A DNA stretch of 64,000 nt from Paramoeba atlantica. Lineage: Eukaryota; Protista; Discosea. The translations under genes and the position numbers were made by a program. The notes beneath the pieces are model-generated. The model was given only the letters and a program-made list of their open reading frames with translations. It was not told the DNA's origin and searched no databases. The stretch lies in the NCBI GenBank assembly GCA_977017575.1, contig CDRNVI010000020.1, positions 1 to 64,000 on the forward strand, written 5' to 3'. Below, piece by piece: positions 1 through 9,678 of the stretch (position 1 is the first letter of the stretch; the number at the start of each line of letters is the position of its first letter).

Positions 1-2
1 GC

Positions 3-365
3 CTAAGCCGCTTTGGCAGGTAGAGACTTCCAGTTTTGTTGACAATTAGCGGTAATGGGATTGCCGTTATACAGTAAGATATTCAGTGTGCTGGCAGTTA
101 ATTCAATCGTCGTGCAATTATCTTGTGGCCACCACTGAAGTCGTCCTCTGGACAGTCGTTTATGACATAGCCAGAAACCTTGGCCATCGTAGGTCAGCAG
201 TTTGATGGCGTTACGACGACGATTGGTAAAGACAAATACCGTGCCATTAAAGGGGTCATTGTACATGTTAGCTTGGCAGACTCGACACAAACCTTCGATA
301 CCGGCTCTGAAGTCCACCGGTTCTTTGGCTAATAAAATGCGGTGTTGAGGCGTTATTTGCAACAT
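3..365 (-). CDS. tnpB: IS66 family accessory protein TnpB (Orf2)
   Basis: Typical IS66 Orf2 motifs: 'PVDFRAGIEGL', 'VFVFTNRRRNAIKLLTYDGQGFWLCHKRLSRGR'; lies directly downstream of the Orf1-like gene. The transposase TnpC would be outside the window. Confidence 0.92.
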   Translation of the reverse strand: MLQITPQHRILLAKEPVDFRAGIEGLCRVCQANMYNDPFNGTVFVFTNRRRNAIKLLTYDGQGFWLCHKRLSRGRLQWWPQDNCTTIELTASTLNILLYNGNPITANCQQNWKSLPAKAA

Positions 366-375
366 CCGTTTATCC

Positions 376-813
376 TCAGCACAGTGTTTTCAATAGTTGG
401 GCTGTTGATGTGACATCCGCTAGACGAATAGCCACATGCAGACCATGTGGGTAATGGATAGTCAACTCACACGCGGCCGTTTGTATTGCGATGTTGGTTT
501 GAGGTGCTTTGTTCTTAATTGGTTTGACGGTGACAAAGTGTGGTGTTGTTTTACTTGATACGGCTTTTTGCTCACGCCAGCGTTTTAGTTGAGAATGATT
601 TATTCTTAATGACTTCAGTTTTGAGAATGGTATGCCGTTATTAAAGGCGCGAACAGTTGCTTGGCGTAACGCTAGTGGCACAGGCGCATTGCTAGATTTG
701 TTAGCCCGCCATTGTTCAAACTGTTGTTGCAATTGATCGAATGATGACGAATTTGCAATCTGTTTTTTACTACGTAAAGTTGTGCTGTGCGTTTTTGATT
801 TCCTTGTTCCCAT
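376..813 (-). CDS. tnpA: IS66 family Orf1/TnpA-like helix-turn-helix protein
   Basis: Position upstream of tnpB; HTH-like 'PLALRQATV...INHSQLKRWR' and C-terminal 'FVTV...ELTIHYPHGLHVAI' pattern typical of IS66 Orf1. Confidence 0.75.
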   Translation of the reverse strand: MGTRKSKTHSTTLRSKKQIANSSSFDQLQQQFEQWRANKSSNAPVPLALRQATVRAFNNGIPFSKLKSLRINHSQLKRWREQKAVSSKTTPHFVTVKPIKNKAPQTNIAIQTAACELTIHYPHGLHVAIRLADVTSTAQLLKTLC

Positions 814-895
814 TAAAATGTCCTCTTGATACTGTTAGCAACTTCAGGCTAAACCATCAAAAAACACTATGCACGCACTTTTGCGGGAAGCATAC

Positions 896-1061
896 TGATG
901 AGCGCAAACTGGTATGGCGTCGTGCTGAACGTGTCTGTTGGAAAAAAATCATGCGTGAACTGGGATACAGTAATCGCATGACTGGTTTGCGTAAGTGGCA
1001 GTGGGCGTTGCGCAAGATTGCGGCACGATTGAATATACAAGCAACATCAAAGCTGCACTAA
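896..1061 (+). pseudogene. C-terminal remnant of a small phage-type HTH protein (DUF6362-like) cut by the IS66
   Basis: Reads DERKLVWRRAERVCWKKIMRELGYSNRMTGLRKWQWALRKIAARLN immediately beyond the IS end. Family assignment is by recall of the motif only. Confidence 0.4.
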
Positions 1062-1400
1062 TCATTTTAAATTAGCTTAGCATTTCATCTAATTACATAT
1101 TAGAGTTAAATACAAATTAACATAAACAACATCGAAGAAAATATAAATACTAATTTGTTCACATAAAGTAGACAAATTGAAAAACCTACTTCAGAAAATA
1201 ACTCGTATTTTGAAGGCTTGCTATGCATAAAAATAGAGTATAAGATGATTAGCCATGTTACGGTAATTTCGAAAATACAGGAAGTATATAAAGGCAATTT
1301 ATTAAAACTATTGCAATTTGTCTTCTTTATCTTCCCTTGTGCTTTAACCATGTACCAGTTTGACAGTTCTTGATTTGGCTTATTTAAGGGAGATAATATT

Positions 1401-2897
1401 ATGTTAGGGAAACAGGAAGAAGCTAATTATTCTGAAGTAGAAATAGAGGTTGATTGCTTTGTTTGTCCGATTTCATTTGAAGTGATGGTAGATCCTGTTA
1501 TCACGCCATACGGAAAAAGCTATGAAAGGAGTAGTATCGAAGTTTGGTTAGAAAACCATAATACAGATCCATATACTAATCAGCCCTTGACTAATCATCA
1601 ACTTGTGCCAAATATTGGATTAAGAGAAGCGATTGCAGTATGGAAAAAATTAGATGAAAAATGGCAAGAACATGCCAAACGGTATAAGACAATAGAGCAA
1701 GAAAAGCAGACACAGCAACAAGAAATATTAAAATTGAAAGAACAACAACAGCAACAGGAAACAAAAATATCGGAAATTGAAGCAAAACAAAAATTACAAG
1801 AAGAACAATTGGAACATGAAAAAGCACATAGTTCTATTGTTACAAAGAGAATACATGCACTTAGCCGCAAGAAAACAGAATCGCATAAAGAAGAGCCCTT
1901 GCTCGTTTGTTTTAGGTTTCATTTCCCTAAAGAATCTGTTGAAGTCGATGAGTTATTAAAAAAAGGAGAACAAGACTCACTAAGACTAGCAATCTCAATT
2001 TTAGATAAGCTTATCAAACGTGGTAGTGATAATTTGCATATTCTCTTAGCCACCCACGGATTTCTAAATGAAAAATTAGGTAGATTGACAGTTGAAATGT
2101 CATATTACGAAAAAGCCTATACAGAATATAAAAAACTTGAAAGAATGGCTATTGATAATAAAAGTTTTCTCTCTACAGTTTATGCAAGGCACGGTTGGTG
2201 CTTATATAGAATACAAGGTATGACCAAGAGTATACCACTTGCCGAAAGAGTTGAATTATTAAAAGAAGCGTCAACTTTATATGACCAAGCTATTTTACAT
2301 GCTGCAAATAATGTGCATGAGATTGTACATAAAGGCTCAATCCTAAAAGTCTTGTACGATCTTACCTCAAAGGAGACGGGGGAGATATATCATGATCAAG
2401 CTATTGCTCTGTTTAATTCACTGACTGATACTGATGAAGCCGATAAAGCTTATTTAGAATTAGGAAAAATATATTTTAAACGGTTAGAACATAAAAAAGG
2501 ATTTGAGCTAATTGAAAAAGCTGTAAAGTTAAATCCAATAGCCTATTATTATAATGAATTAGGTGGCCACTATAAGTCCTACGCATTCAAATTTGTGAAA
2601 GACAAAAGAACAAAAAATGAGTATTTTAGAAAAGCGATAGAATGTTATAAAGAATCTTTAGCGATCTACAGTCAAGATGAAGTTACGAATTGTAATTTAG
2701 GCTATTGTTTAACACAGTTGGGCCCACAATGTTGGGAAGAAGCAAAGCAATACTACGAAAATGCACTTGCAATTGATAGCCAACATCCACAAACGTTAAA
2801 AAATATGGAATGGCTTACTGAAAAGATGAGTGGTACAAATAGAGTAAATACATTTGACAAAAAAGGTAAAGGCTATGGCAGTTCGACTGGCATTTGA
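1401..2897 (+). CDS. U-box E3 ubiquitin ligase domain + coiled coil + TPR repeats; putative effector of an intracellular bacterium, C-terminus probably replaced at the junction
   Basis: U-box 'CPISFEVMVDPVITPYGKSYERSSIEVWL...DPYTNQPL...LVPNIGLREAI'; Q/E/K-rich coiled coil; TPRs ('AYLELGKIYF...AVKLNP', 'CNLGYCLTQLG...YYENALAIDSQHP'); SD-like AAGGGAG just upstream of the ATG; intronless, AT-rich. Confidence 0.85.
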   Translation: MLGKQEEANYSEVEIEVDCFVCPISFEVMVDPVITPYGKSYERSSIEVWLENHNTDPYTNQPLTNHQLVPNIGLREAIAVWKKLDEKWQEHAKRYKTIEQEKQTQQQEILKLKEQQQQQETKISEIEAKQKLQEEQLEHEKAHSSIVTKRIHALSRKKTESHKEEPLLVCFRFHFPKESVEVDELLKKGEQDSLRLAISILDKLIKRGSDNLHILLATHGFLNEKLGRLTVEMSYYEKAYTEYKKLERMAIDNKSFLSTVYARHGWCLYRIQGMTKSIPLAERVELLKEASTLYDQAILHAANNVHEIVHKGSILKVLYDLTSKETGEIYHDQAIALFNSLTDTDEADKAYLELGKIYFKRLEHKKGFELIEKAVKLNPIAYYYNELGGHYKSYAFKFVKDKRTKNEYFRKAIECYKESLAIYSQDEVTNCNLGYCLTQLGPQCWEEAKQYYENALAIDSQHPQTLKNMEWLTEKMSGTNRVNTFDKKGKGYGSSTGI

Positions 2898-3159
2898 AAA
2901 ACTGGGCCACCACTTTCAAAAGGGGACTTGTGTGGACCTCTTTATAGATAATACGTCGTGCGAAGCTGCCCTTAATCGTAAAGTTGCAAAGTCAGATAGC
3001 ATTGCGGGGGAGCTCAAACATATACTCAAAAAGAATCAGAATCTTGGCGTATGCATTATGGCTCGCTACATAAAATCTGCCGATAACCCCGCGGACCCGA
3101 TTAGCCGGTTATGAAAGTATTCAAATCAGAAATAATGTAGTACTCAAAAAAAAAAAAAA
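2866..3159 (+). pseudogene. 3' fragment of a DIRS/VIPER/TATE-type RNase H ORF followed by a short UTR and an A14 tail
   Basis: 'AMAVRLAF...VDLFIDNTS...YIKSADNPADPISRL' matches YR-retroelement RNase H motifs (compare 'LLIDNTS...NLADPWSR' at 17.4-17.6 kb); stop at 3114; A-run at 3146-3159. Confidence 0.75.
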
Positions 3160-3863
3160 CAGATGCGCTCAGTGACTTGGTCAAATAAGCAATAGCGGGG
3201 CTATACATGTAGGTGTTTCAGTAGGTGGCCGCCACCATTTGCTGAAAACACATGCGCTCGGGTGGTAGTATTACGTGCGAGCGGGCTGGTTCGCGGAGTT
3301 GGCGGACGGGATGCCCGTTCGTAAGTAAAGGAGTTTTTTGTGGATTTGTTTCAAATACTGTAAGTTTGATTGAAATGGCCAGGTACCTTAATTTCTTTTC
3401 ATGGATAGGTGGTGAGGATACTAAAGCAGTTGAATTCTTTGAATTGCTTTATGAAGAAAGATATTACATGATTTAGGAATTGGTTTCTGAATGTAGTCGG
3501 TTTTCTCGACTCTCCGACAGCACTCCCATCTTATGCCTTTTACTTTACGACCTGTGCCTCCGAAATGTGGTCGTTACGGGAGTTGATCGTGCCGACAGTG
3601 CTTACTCTCACGCCTTGCTCTTTCGAGTGAGGTTCCCCAACGTGAGGTAGGTAGGATCAGGTTTTTTTTTTTCTCGAAAGACCCGGTCCGAAACGTGCAA
3701 TGATTATAAGTTTACTTACTAATGCCTTCTTGAAATACAATCACAAGTGTCTCTTTCGAAGATTGAAGATGGGGTATTCCTAAGAGGAAATATCAATATT
3801 GTCCGATTCATGTTGAGCAAGCGCTTAGTCTCGAGCACAGAAGTACATGGAGGTTTAAGGCTA

Positions 3864-5234
3864 GGGGGGACCTTCGATGAGTACTCATCGTAAGTTGTAG
3901 ACTTTCGATGAGTCTCACGGAAAGTTGTAGACTTTCGATGAGTACTCATCGAAGGTGTTTTTGACTTTTTCACTTTTTCATATTTTACTAAATTTTTGCG
4001 AAGGGCGAACTGTGAGCGTAGTCCTGGGACATAATAATATTTTTTGGCGACCCGTGCGCTCCAGCGCGCGGGTCGCGCACTGAGAACCTGTGTCTACCCC
4101 TTCCGCAGGATTGTCCAGAGGCAAGGCCCAACTGTGAGCGTAGCCCACTTCTGGAGGCAAAAGCCCCCGTTTGCAAGCAAGGCCCAACTGTGAGCGTAGC
4201 CCACTTCTGGAGGCAAATGAATGAAAAAAGGCCTTGCGTGCTATAACGTAAATATTAAATACTAGTAGTACGAAGTGAAGGGGCTCAGACCCCCACACCC
4301 CGCAGCCGAGGCTGGGTGTTGGTGGGTGGGCCTCGAAACTCGTAGTACAGCTACAAAAAGGAAATAAAGTCTACTAAATATGTTGATGTTTGAAAGTCAT
4401 AAACTGAAGAATATGAGAAAGAAGAAACTTATAATACATGTGCCCCGAAGGGCCATATCATAAGTTCATATATTTATGTGCCCCGAAGGGCCAGGTTATT
4501 AAACGTAAATAGCCCTCGCCTAAATTTCATCTCGTAAACTATTAGAGCTACTCCTGATTCTTTTGCTTTGGAGCGTGTGAACACTCCCATGAAAGGTAAA
4601 GAAAGTAAATAATCAACAAGGTACAGAAACTGTATCTTTATCGTTAAAGATTATTGTACGTGTGCTTCTCTCTAGATTCGTGGGAAGCAATTTGCGAAGC
4701 CCAACTACCTTGATAACAAATTTTAGTACCCATTCGTGGGAAGCAATTGGCGATGCCCAACTACCTTGATAACAAATTTTAGTACCCATTTTGGCCGCGC
4801 GGGGGCCCCCGCGTGAGCGGGGGTGCGCGCGGCCGCGAAACGGCGAGGGCCCGCGTGAGCGGGCCTGAGCCGTACCCCGCCTAGGATTCCCCTGTGCGTC
4901 GTTAGTGGGAAGCAATTTGCGAAGCTCACTGAATTTCGTAGTTTTCGCTACGCAGGCGTTGTCAACTTATAGTGAAGTGTTATATAGTGAAGTGTAGGAT
5001 ACTGAACGCACGGAAAATGAAAATCAAAAAAAATTCTTGGGTATTCCACAAAAGTCCTTGACTTCCACCGTAAATTTCCGTTCGTTGAGTACTCAACGAA
5101 CGTACGCCCAACCCAAAATCTCTATTAGAGTCGCTCAAAAACGCTTCGATGAGTACTCATCGAAAGTTGTATACTTTCGATGAGACTCACGGAAAGTTGT
5201 AGACTTTCGATGAGTACTCATCGAAGGTCCCCCC
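3864..5234. mobile_element. Non-autonomous TIR element (MITE-like) with TA target duplication and nested retro-fragments
   Basis: Perfect 27-bp TIR GGGGGGACCTTCGATGAGTACTCATCG / CGATGAGTACTCATCGAAGGTCCCCCC, flanked by TA at 3862-3863 and 5235-5236; subterminal ~31-bp repeats of the palindrome TTCGATGAGTACTCATCGAA at both ends. Confidence 0.8.
4614..4652 (-). ncRNA. Spliced-leader (mini-exon)-like sequence, longest copy (39 nt)
   Basis: Minus strand AATCTTTAACGATAAAGATACAGTTTCTGTACCTTGTTG; CAGTTTCTGTAC occupies positions 21-32 as in trypanosomatid SL exons; followed by a 23-nt UTR and ATG (MGVFTRSKAKESG), not by a GT intron. The exact 5' boundary is uncertain. Confidence 0.8.
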
Positions 5235-5526
5235 TACCCGAGGTTTAATTATAATTATTATTAGTTTACGTGATGAAATTTAGACGAGTATATTATAAGA
5301 GTTTACGAAAAGAATTTTAGGAAGTGTGCAGTGGTTAACACCCCTCGTTTATACACCCCCCAATAAATACTGGTGGGCTGATTGCTTGTGGAAGGAGGAA
5401 AAACTAAGAAATTTACATACATTCATATCCCCCCCAATGGACCTACTTGGTTCGCATAAAAAAAAAAATTGGTTTCATTTTATTTATTCTTGTTCATTAT
5501 GTGTGAGAAAGAAGACGCTGATTTCT

Positions 5527-5718
5527 ATAAGTATACGTTTAGAAATTTAGGATGATTGATATAATGGCCCTTCGGGGCACATAATATTTATATTATGAGA
5601 TATGATTTGTTTGTTTTGTTTATATAAGTGTACGTTTAGAAATTTAGGATGATTGATATAATGGCCCTTCGGGGCACATAATATTTATATTATGAGATAT
5701 GATTTGTTTGTTTTGTTT
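5527..5718 (+). repeat. Tandem duplication (~97 bp x2) of a retroelement 3' UTR module with a cUUCGg hairpin
   Basis: Near-identical units, each containing GGCCCTTCGGGGCAC. Confidence 0.85.
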
Positions 5719-5801
5719 AGAGATTTCATTTATTTAGTTTGGTATAGTGACACTCCTTCTCTAACCTTTTTATTGCGCCCGCCCACCAACCCCCAACCAC
5801 T

Positions 5802-5998
5802 TCGCGGAGTTGGCGGACGGGATGCCCGTTCGTAAGTAAAGGAGTTTGTTGTGGATTTGTTTCAAATACTGTAAGTTTGATTGAAATGGCCAGGTACCTT
5901 AATTTCTTTTCATGGATAGGTGGTGAGGATACTAAAGCAGTTGAATTCTTTGAATTGCTTTATGAAGAAAGATATTACATGATTTAGGAATTGGTTTC
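5802..5998 (+). repeat. ~200-bp direct repeat of 3289-3488 (plus-strand 3' UTR module)
   Basis: TCGCGGAGTTGGCGGACGGGATGCCCGTTCG...GATTTAGGAATTGGTTTC occurs at both sites with few mismatches. Confidence 0.9.
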
Positions 5999-6058
5999 AT
6001 TTTATTTATTCTTGTTCATTATGTGTGAGAAAGAAGACGCTGATTTCGGGCTCTGGAA

Positions 6059-7775
6059 ATGCCTTCGGAGCGAACGGATCCGCGAGAATCAACGTGCTCA
6101 CCACCGCCACCGTCACCTGTGACACAGCAGACGGGGAAGTGGCGCATCTGCATCAAGAAATCGTTCGCTGTGGCAGCTGACGCCATACAAACCGCTTCAA
6201 ACGCAATGTCCGATACAGTTTTCAGCTCCGCAGATAACGTACAATCTGCAAATAACGTGCAACGCGGGGAACTCTACGACTCTCCTTCGGCGCAAAACGA
6301 AGACGTGCATGCACAAATTTTGACAGAACAGAAGCGGCTTCCATCACCACAACCGGTTGACATGCAGCCAATGCCCCCGGCCATGCAGGGCATCCTGCAA
6401 AGCTCTTCGTCGGACGTGATCCCCAACGTTGCTACAGGGGAAGCGATAGACGAAGGAACCACTTTCCACGAATGCATGTCTCCTTCGATATGCGTAGAAA
6501 ACTCTCGCACAGAAAACCCCCCCGAAGAAGCAGAACACCTTCCCGCCGAAAGAAGAAAGCACCCGAGGAGCGACCTCCGCCGCCACCGCCGCCACCCCCA
6601 CCAACACCCCCGCCTCCGCCCTCGCCCGCTCCACCACCATCTCCTCCACCTCCGCCTCCTCCTCCGCCGCCTCTTCAGTCGACGTCACCTTCGACTCCAC
6701 CGTCTCCTCCACCGCCCCAGCAGCCATCGCCGACACCACCGCCGACGCCATCGCCGACGAGAACGCCATCATTGCCGCCACCATTGCCAACGCCAAGAAC
6801 GCCAATGCCAACGCCACGGGCAACCCGAAACCAAGAGAGACAACAGTCTTCTGGAAACTCACCGTCTTCGCCTCCACTGCGTTCCTCCATACCGCCGCCT
6901 TCGTCGTCTCAATTGATGTCGCCGTCCACTCGACCATCACCACAACATACGAATAGTGAAGGAAAATCGAGTAGTACAATCAAAATCAAGAATGCAAATT
7001 TCACATTTGATTTCTTTAAGCGCCGTGGTAAACAGCTCAATTTGATGCAGAAAGAAGCGAGAAACGTCAATCCCATCATTCGTGAACCTGATGGTAGCAT
7101 AAACATTAAAACGAACAATGCTAAGTGCACTGCGTTCACGAACCAAAGCACGGAACTTACGTATGCTAATAGTTAGTTAGTTATTATCCAGCCATTTGTC
7201 TGCGAACAGATGTGGCTGCCTCACTTCACGCGTAGGTCGCGTTGCCGGTGCTCCACGCGAGGAGTAATCTTCTAGCACGAGAGCGGTTGGCTCAATCATA
7301 TAAGAAGACACCGGACTTTAGACAGACATTACCCTAGTTATTTGATGCCTTGTTTTATTGGCATTGGGCAAAACCATCTATAGGAAAGGTGTAATGCCCT
7401 AGTTCTTTAGCATCTTGCTATTTTGATGCCGGGTACCTCCTTTCGTAAGCTTTCTAGTTCGCTTACATATTGTACGCATCTATACCAATATCGTATGTAT
7501 CACTTGTTCCATATAAGTCCTGTATTTCATACGACGTACTTCCTGCCTATGATATCATAAATGGGAAACTTTAATTTAAGTTTCTGAAATCAACGGACCC
7601 TTTCTTCTGCCATAAACTTCGTAAAATAAGGTAAACAAAGAAATCAACAAGGTACACGTATGCTAATGCTGCCACCCCGTCGCCAAAGGATCCCATCACA
7701 ACCGATGACATTGTGCTACGCCCTCTGAATCCGTCGCATAAAGCTATGGAAAATTATCGTCGGATACAAGCTTAA
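6059..7775 (+). pseudogene. Proline-rich ORF of unknown function, interrupted by a SINE-like insert
   Basis: ORFs 6059-6916 and 6472-7176 are probably one frame shifted near the C-run at ~6515; excising 7171-7667 restores '...TELTYANAATPSPKDP...IQA*' ending at 7775. Confidence 0.45.
7171..7655 (-). mobile_element. 485-bp SL-tipped SINE-like retroposon with a 12-bp TSD
   Basis: TSD ACGTATGCTAAT at 7159-7170 and 7656-7667; 5' tip is the last 11-12 nt of the SL (GTACCTTGTTG); 3' tail (AACT)3; two bulged-hairpin motifs; no long ORF. Confidence 0.8.
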
Positions 7776-7946
7776 TAGTCCACGTTTGGAAATTTAGCCG
7801 CGGGCAGGGAGTTGTTTATGCCTGCTTGGCCCTTCGGGGCACATAATTTCTTCAAATTATGATTTGTTTCAAATAGTGTTGTAATTTCATTATTCATTCT
7901 TTATATTCTTGGTAGGCTATTTTTTCTACTTACGTTTCAAAAGTTT

Positions 7947-8948
7947 TTGTTTCTACTTACGTTTCAAAAGTTTCTCCCGACGCAGCCAGCTCCGCAGGTA
8001 CCCGCGAAACCCACTCATGTTCCCCCTACCCCAGGCCCAGCGAGACGGAAGATACGTCCATCTGGCAGAGCTTTGAGCCCGGCCCGTGAACCACCAAGCC
8101 CGCTCCCAAGTAATCTCCCGAGTCTCCCCACGAGCTCGTTTACCAGTCCCTACCCTATTCCGCTCGACGCTCCGGAGGCCCCAATTCGTCGCAAAGGGAC
8201 CCTCAACCCTGACCAGGTTGAGGCTTCTCGCTCGCCTCGTCGATACGATGCCCTCGACATTGACCACGCCGAGGTGCCCCAGCGTTCACGCCTTGATGCC
8301 CGAGGAATCATGGCCAGCCAGGACAAAGAAGAGTTTGTCATGAAAGTGATTGACCTTCTGCGCAAACGCTATGAGGTCACCGTCGAAGCTGTATGGTCTC
8401 TTCCCCGAGATGGCCTACGGCAGACGGCTATAGGGCGGGTGCATATGACGCATCCCAATGACCCTGAATCAACTGAGTTGTTCACAGAATGGGATGGGGA
8501 CGTGAATACAGCCTACCGTTTTCCCCATCCCGATATCAATTACCACTCCTTGGACCTTGCCCATGTTCGGGCGCAGATGCCGGGTGGGAAACCAGTTGAA
8601 TATTTGATTCCGGCGTTTGAACGCGTCCGTGTTACGGACCCGAAAAGCTTCTCCCCCTACGATCCAGTTACTTGGCAACCGTGGATCGACACGGATGATT
8701 TGTTCAAGCCACGTGAACTCATCCGTGAGCTGCGCGAAGCTCCGCAGCTTGGGGTACGCTTCAACCCTCCGCCGCAGCGTGAGCGCCTGTTCAAAATGTT
8801 GACTGAATGGGTTTACGCTGCGCGCAACACAGAGGGTTGGCTAGAGAAGCACAACCTCGCCCTGTATATCGAGCATCTGCTCCTCGATATATTCCTTGCA
8901 GAATGCGTATCTGGTCAACTGTGCTTTGGCCGACGTTTTTGTGATTGA
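7947..8948 (+). CDS. 5'-truncated gag/ORF1-like protein of a retroelement (homologous to 8791-9678)
   Basis: Shares a 'V.V.W...G.V...Y..P..(I/V).Y' beta-rich segment and an 'F.P.D..TW' motif with the convergent ORF. VIPER/TATE ORF1 identity is inferred, not demonstrated. Confidence 0.4.
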   Translation: MFLLTFQKFLPTQPAPQVPAKPTHVPPTPGPARRKIRPSGRALSPAREPPSPLPSNLPSLPTSSFTSPYPIPLDAPEAPIRRKGTLNPDQVEASRSPRRYDALDIDHAEVPQRSRLDARGIMASQDKEEFVMKVIDLLRKRYEVTVEAVWSLPRDGLRQTAIGRVHMTHPNDPESTELFTEWDGDVNTAYRFPHPDINYHSLDLAHVRAQMPGGKPVEYLIPAFERVRVTDPKSFSPYDPVTWQPWIDTDDLFKPRELIRELREAPQLGVRFNPPPQRERLFKMLTEWVYAARNTEGWLEKHNLALYIEHLLLDIFLAECVSGQLCFGRRFCD

Positions 8949-9678
8949 CGGCGTCGCTGTTCACGCCCCCTCTTTCTGCGCTATCGTCTATCCAAGCACA
9001 CAAGATATCCCAAAGGGCTTGTAGCTGTGGTGACATTCGAGAAGGGAGATCCAGCGCCGTTCGCAACCGCTGTTTCAATATTTCAATCCCTAGTGGCCCC
9101 CGGGTAATGTATGTGCTCCATGTTGTAACGTCCCGGGGGTTGAAACTGTCGTTCGTCTCTTCTGATGGTGCAGTTTCATCGTCCGATTCGGGCAATTTGC
9201 CTGGCATCTTTGGCTCACTTGCTGATATCACGATGCGCGTATAACACACGTTGCTATTAGGCAGAGGATAGTTACCCCATGGGTAGGAAACAATGATAGG
9301 ATTTTCCTCGTCTCCATTGTCCTCTACCGTACCTCGCCATGTTGTCGCTGTCTCTTTCCTACCTCCAACGGGGAACCAGGTTACTTCGACTTCTATGTCA
9401 TTCTGTTGCATGGTCGCCATAACCTCATTGACTTGACTCTCTACTTCCTCTGGGAGCATAACCCTTTGTGCGGCGTATTGCTTGTTGAGCTCTTCTGGCA
9501 CACTGCATCTCTTTTTCAAGGAGGTTGGAAGAGGACATAAGGTGTTCCCAGGTGCTTGTCCGTGTCGCGGTGCAGATGGATCCGTAATGTTTGTCTCTTT
9601 TCGTCTTTTCCGTTCACGCTCCTCCATCGCATCAACCTTCGAAGTGACTTTTTCAAGTGCACGCGTTAGCTTTTCCAC
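8791..9678 (-). CDS. gag/ORF1-like protein of a retroelement
   Basis: N-terminal coiled coil (MEKLTRALEKVTSKVDAMEERERKRRK), 'IEVEVTWF...WRGTV...IVSY...YPLPNSNVCYTRI', 'FNPRDVTTW'. Confidence 0.4.
   Translation of the reverse strand: MEKLTRALEKVTSKVDAMEERERKRRKETNITDPSAPRHGQAPGNTLCPLPTSLKKRCSVPEELNKQYAAQRVMLPEEVESQVNEVMATMQQNDIEVEVTWFPVGGRKETATTWRGTVEDNGDEENPIIVSYPWGNYPLPNSNVCYTRIVISASEPKMPGKLPESDDETAPSEETNDSFNPRDVTTWSTYITRGPLGIEILKQRLRTALDLPSRMSPQLQALWDILCAWIDDSAERGGVNSDAVNHKNVGQSTVDQIRILQGIYRGADARYTGRGCASLANPLCCAQRKPIQSTF

Larger units (their letters stand above)
1..895 (-). mobile_element. IS66 family insertion sequence, left part
   Basis: tnpA-tnpB pair; candidate left end GTATGCTTCCCGCAAAAG starting at 895 on the minus strand (IS66 ends start GTAA/GTAT-like). 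Confidence 0.8.

Noticed and set aside
3874-5227. CRISPR-like or hammerhead repeats (CGATGAG...GAAA)
   Set aside because: The spacers are identical, not unique; the core is CGATGAG rather than CTGATGA and no three-stem junction forms. They are better explained as MITE subterminal repeats.
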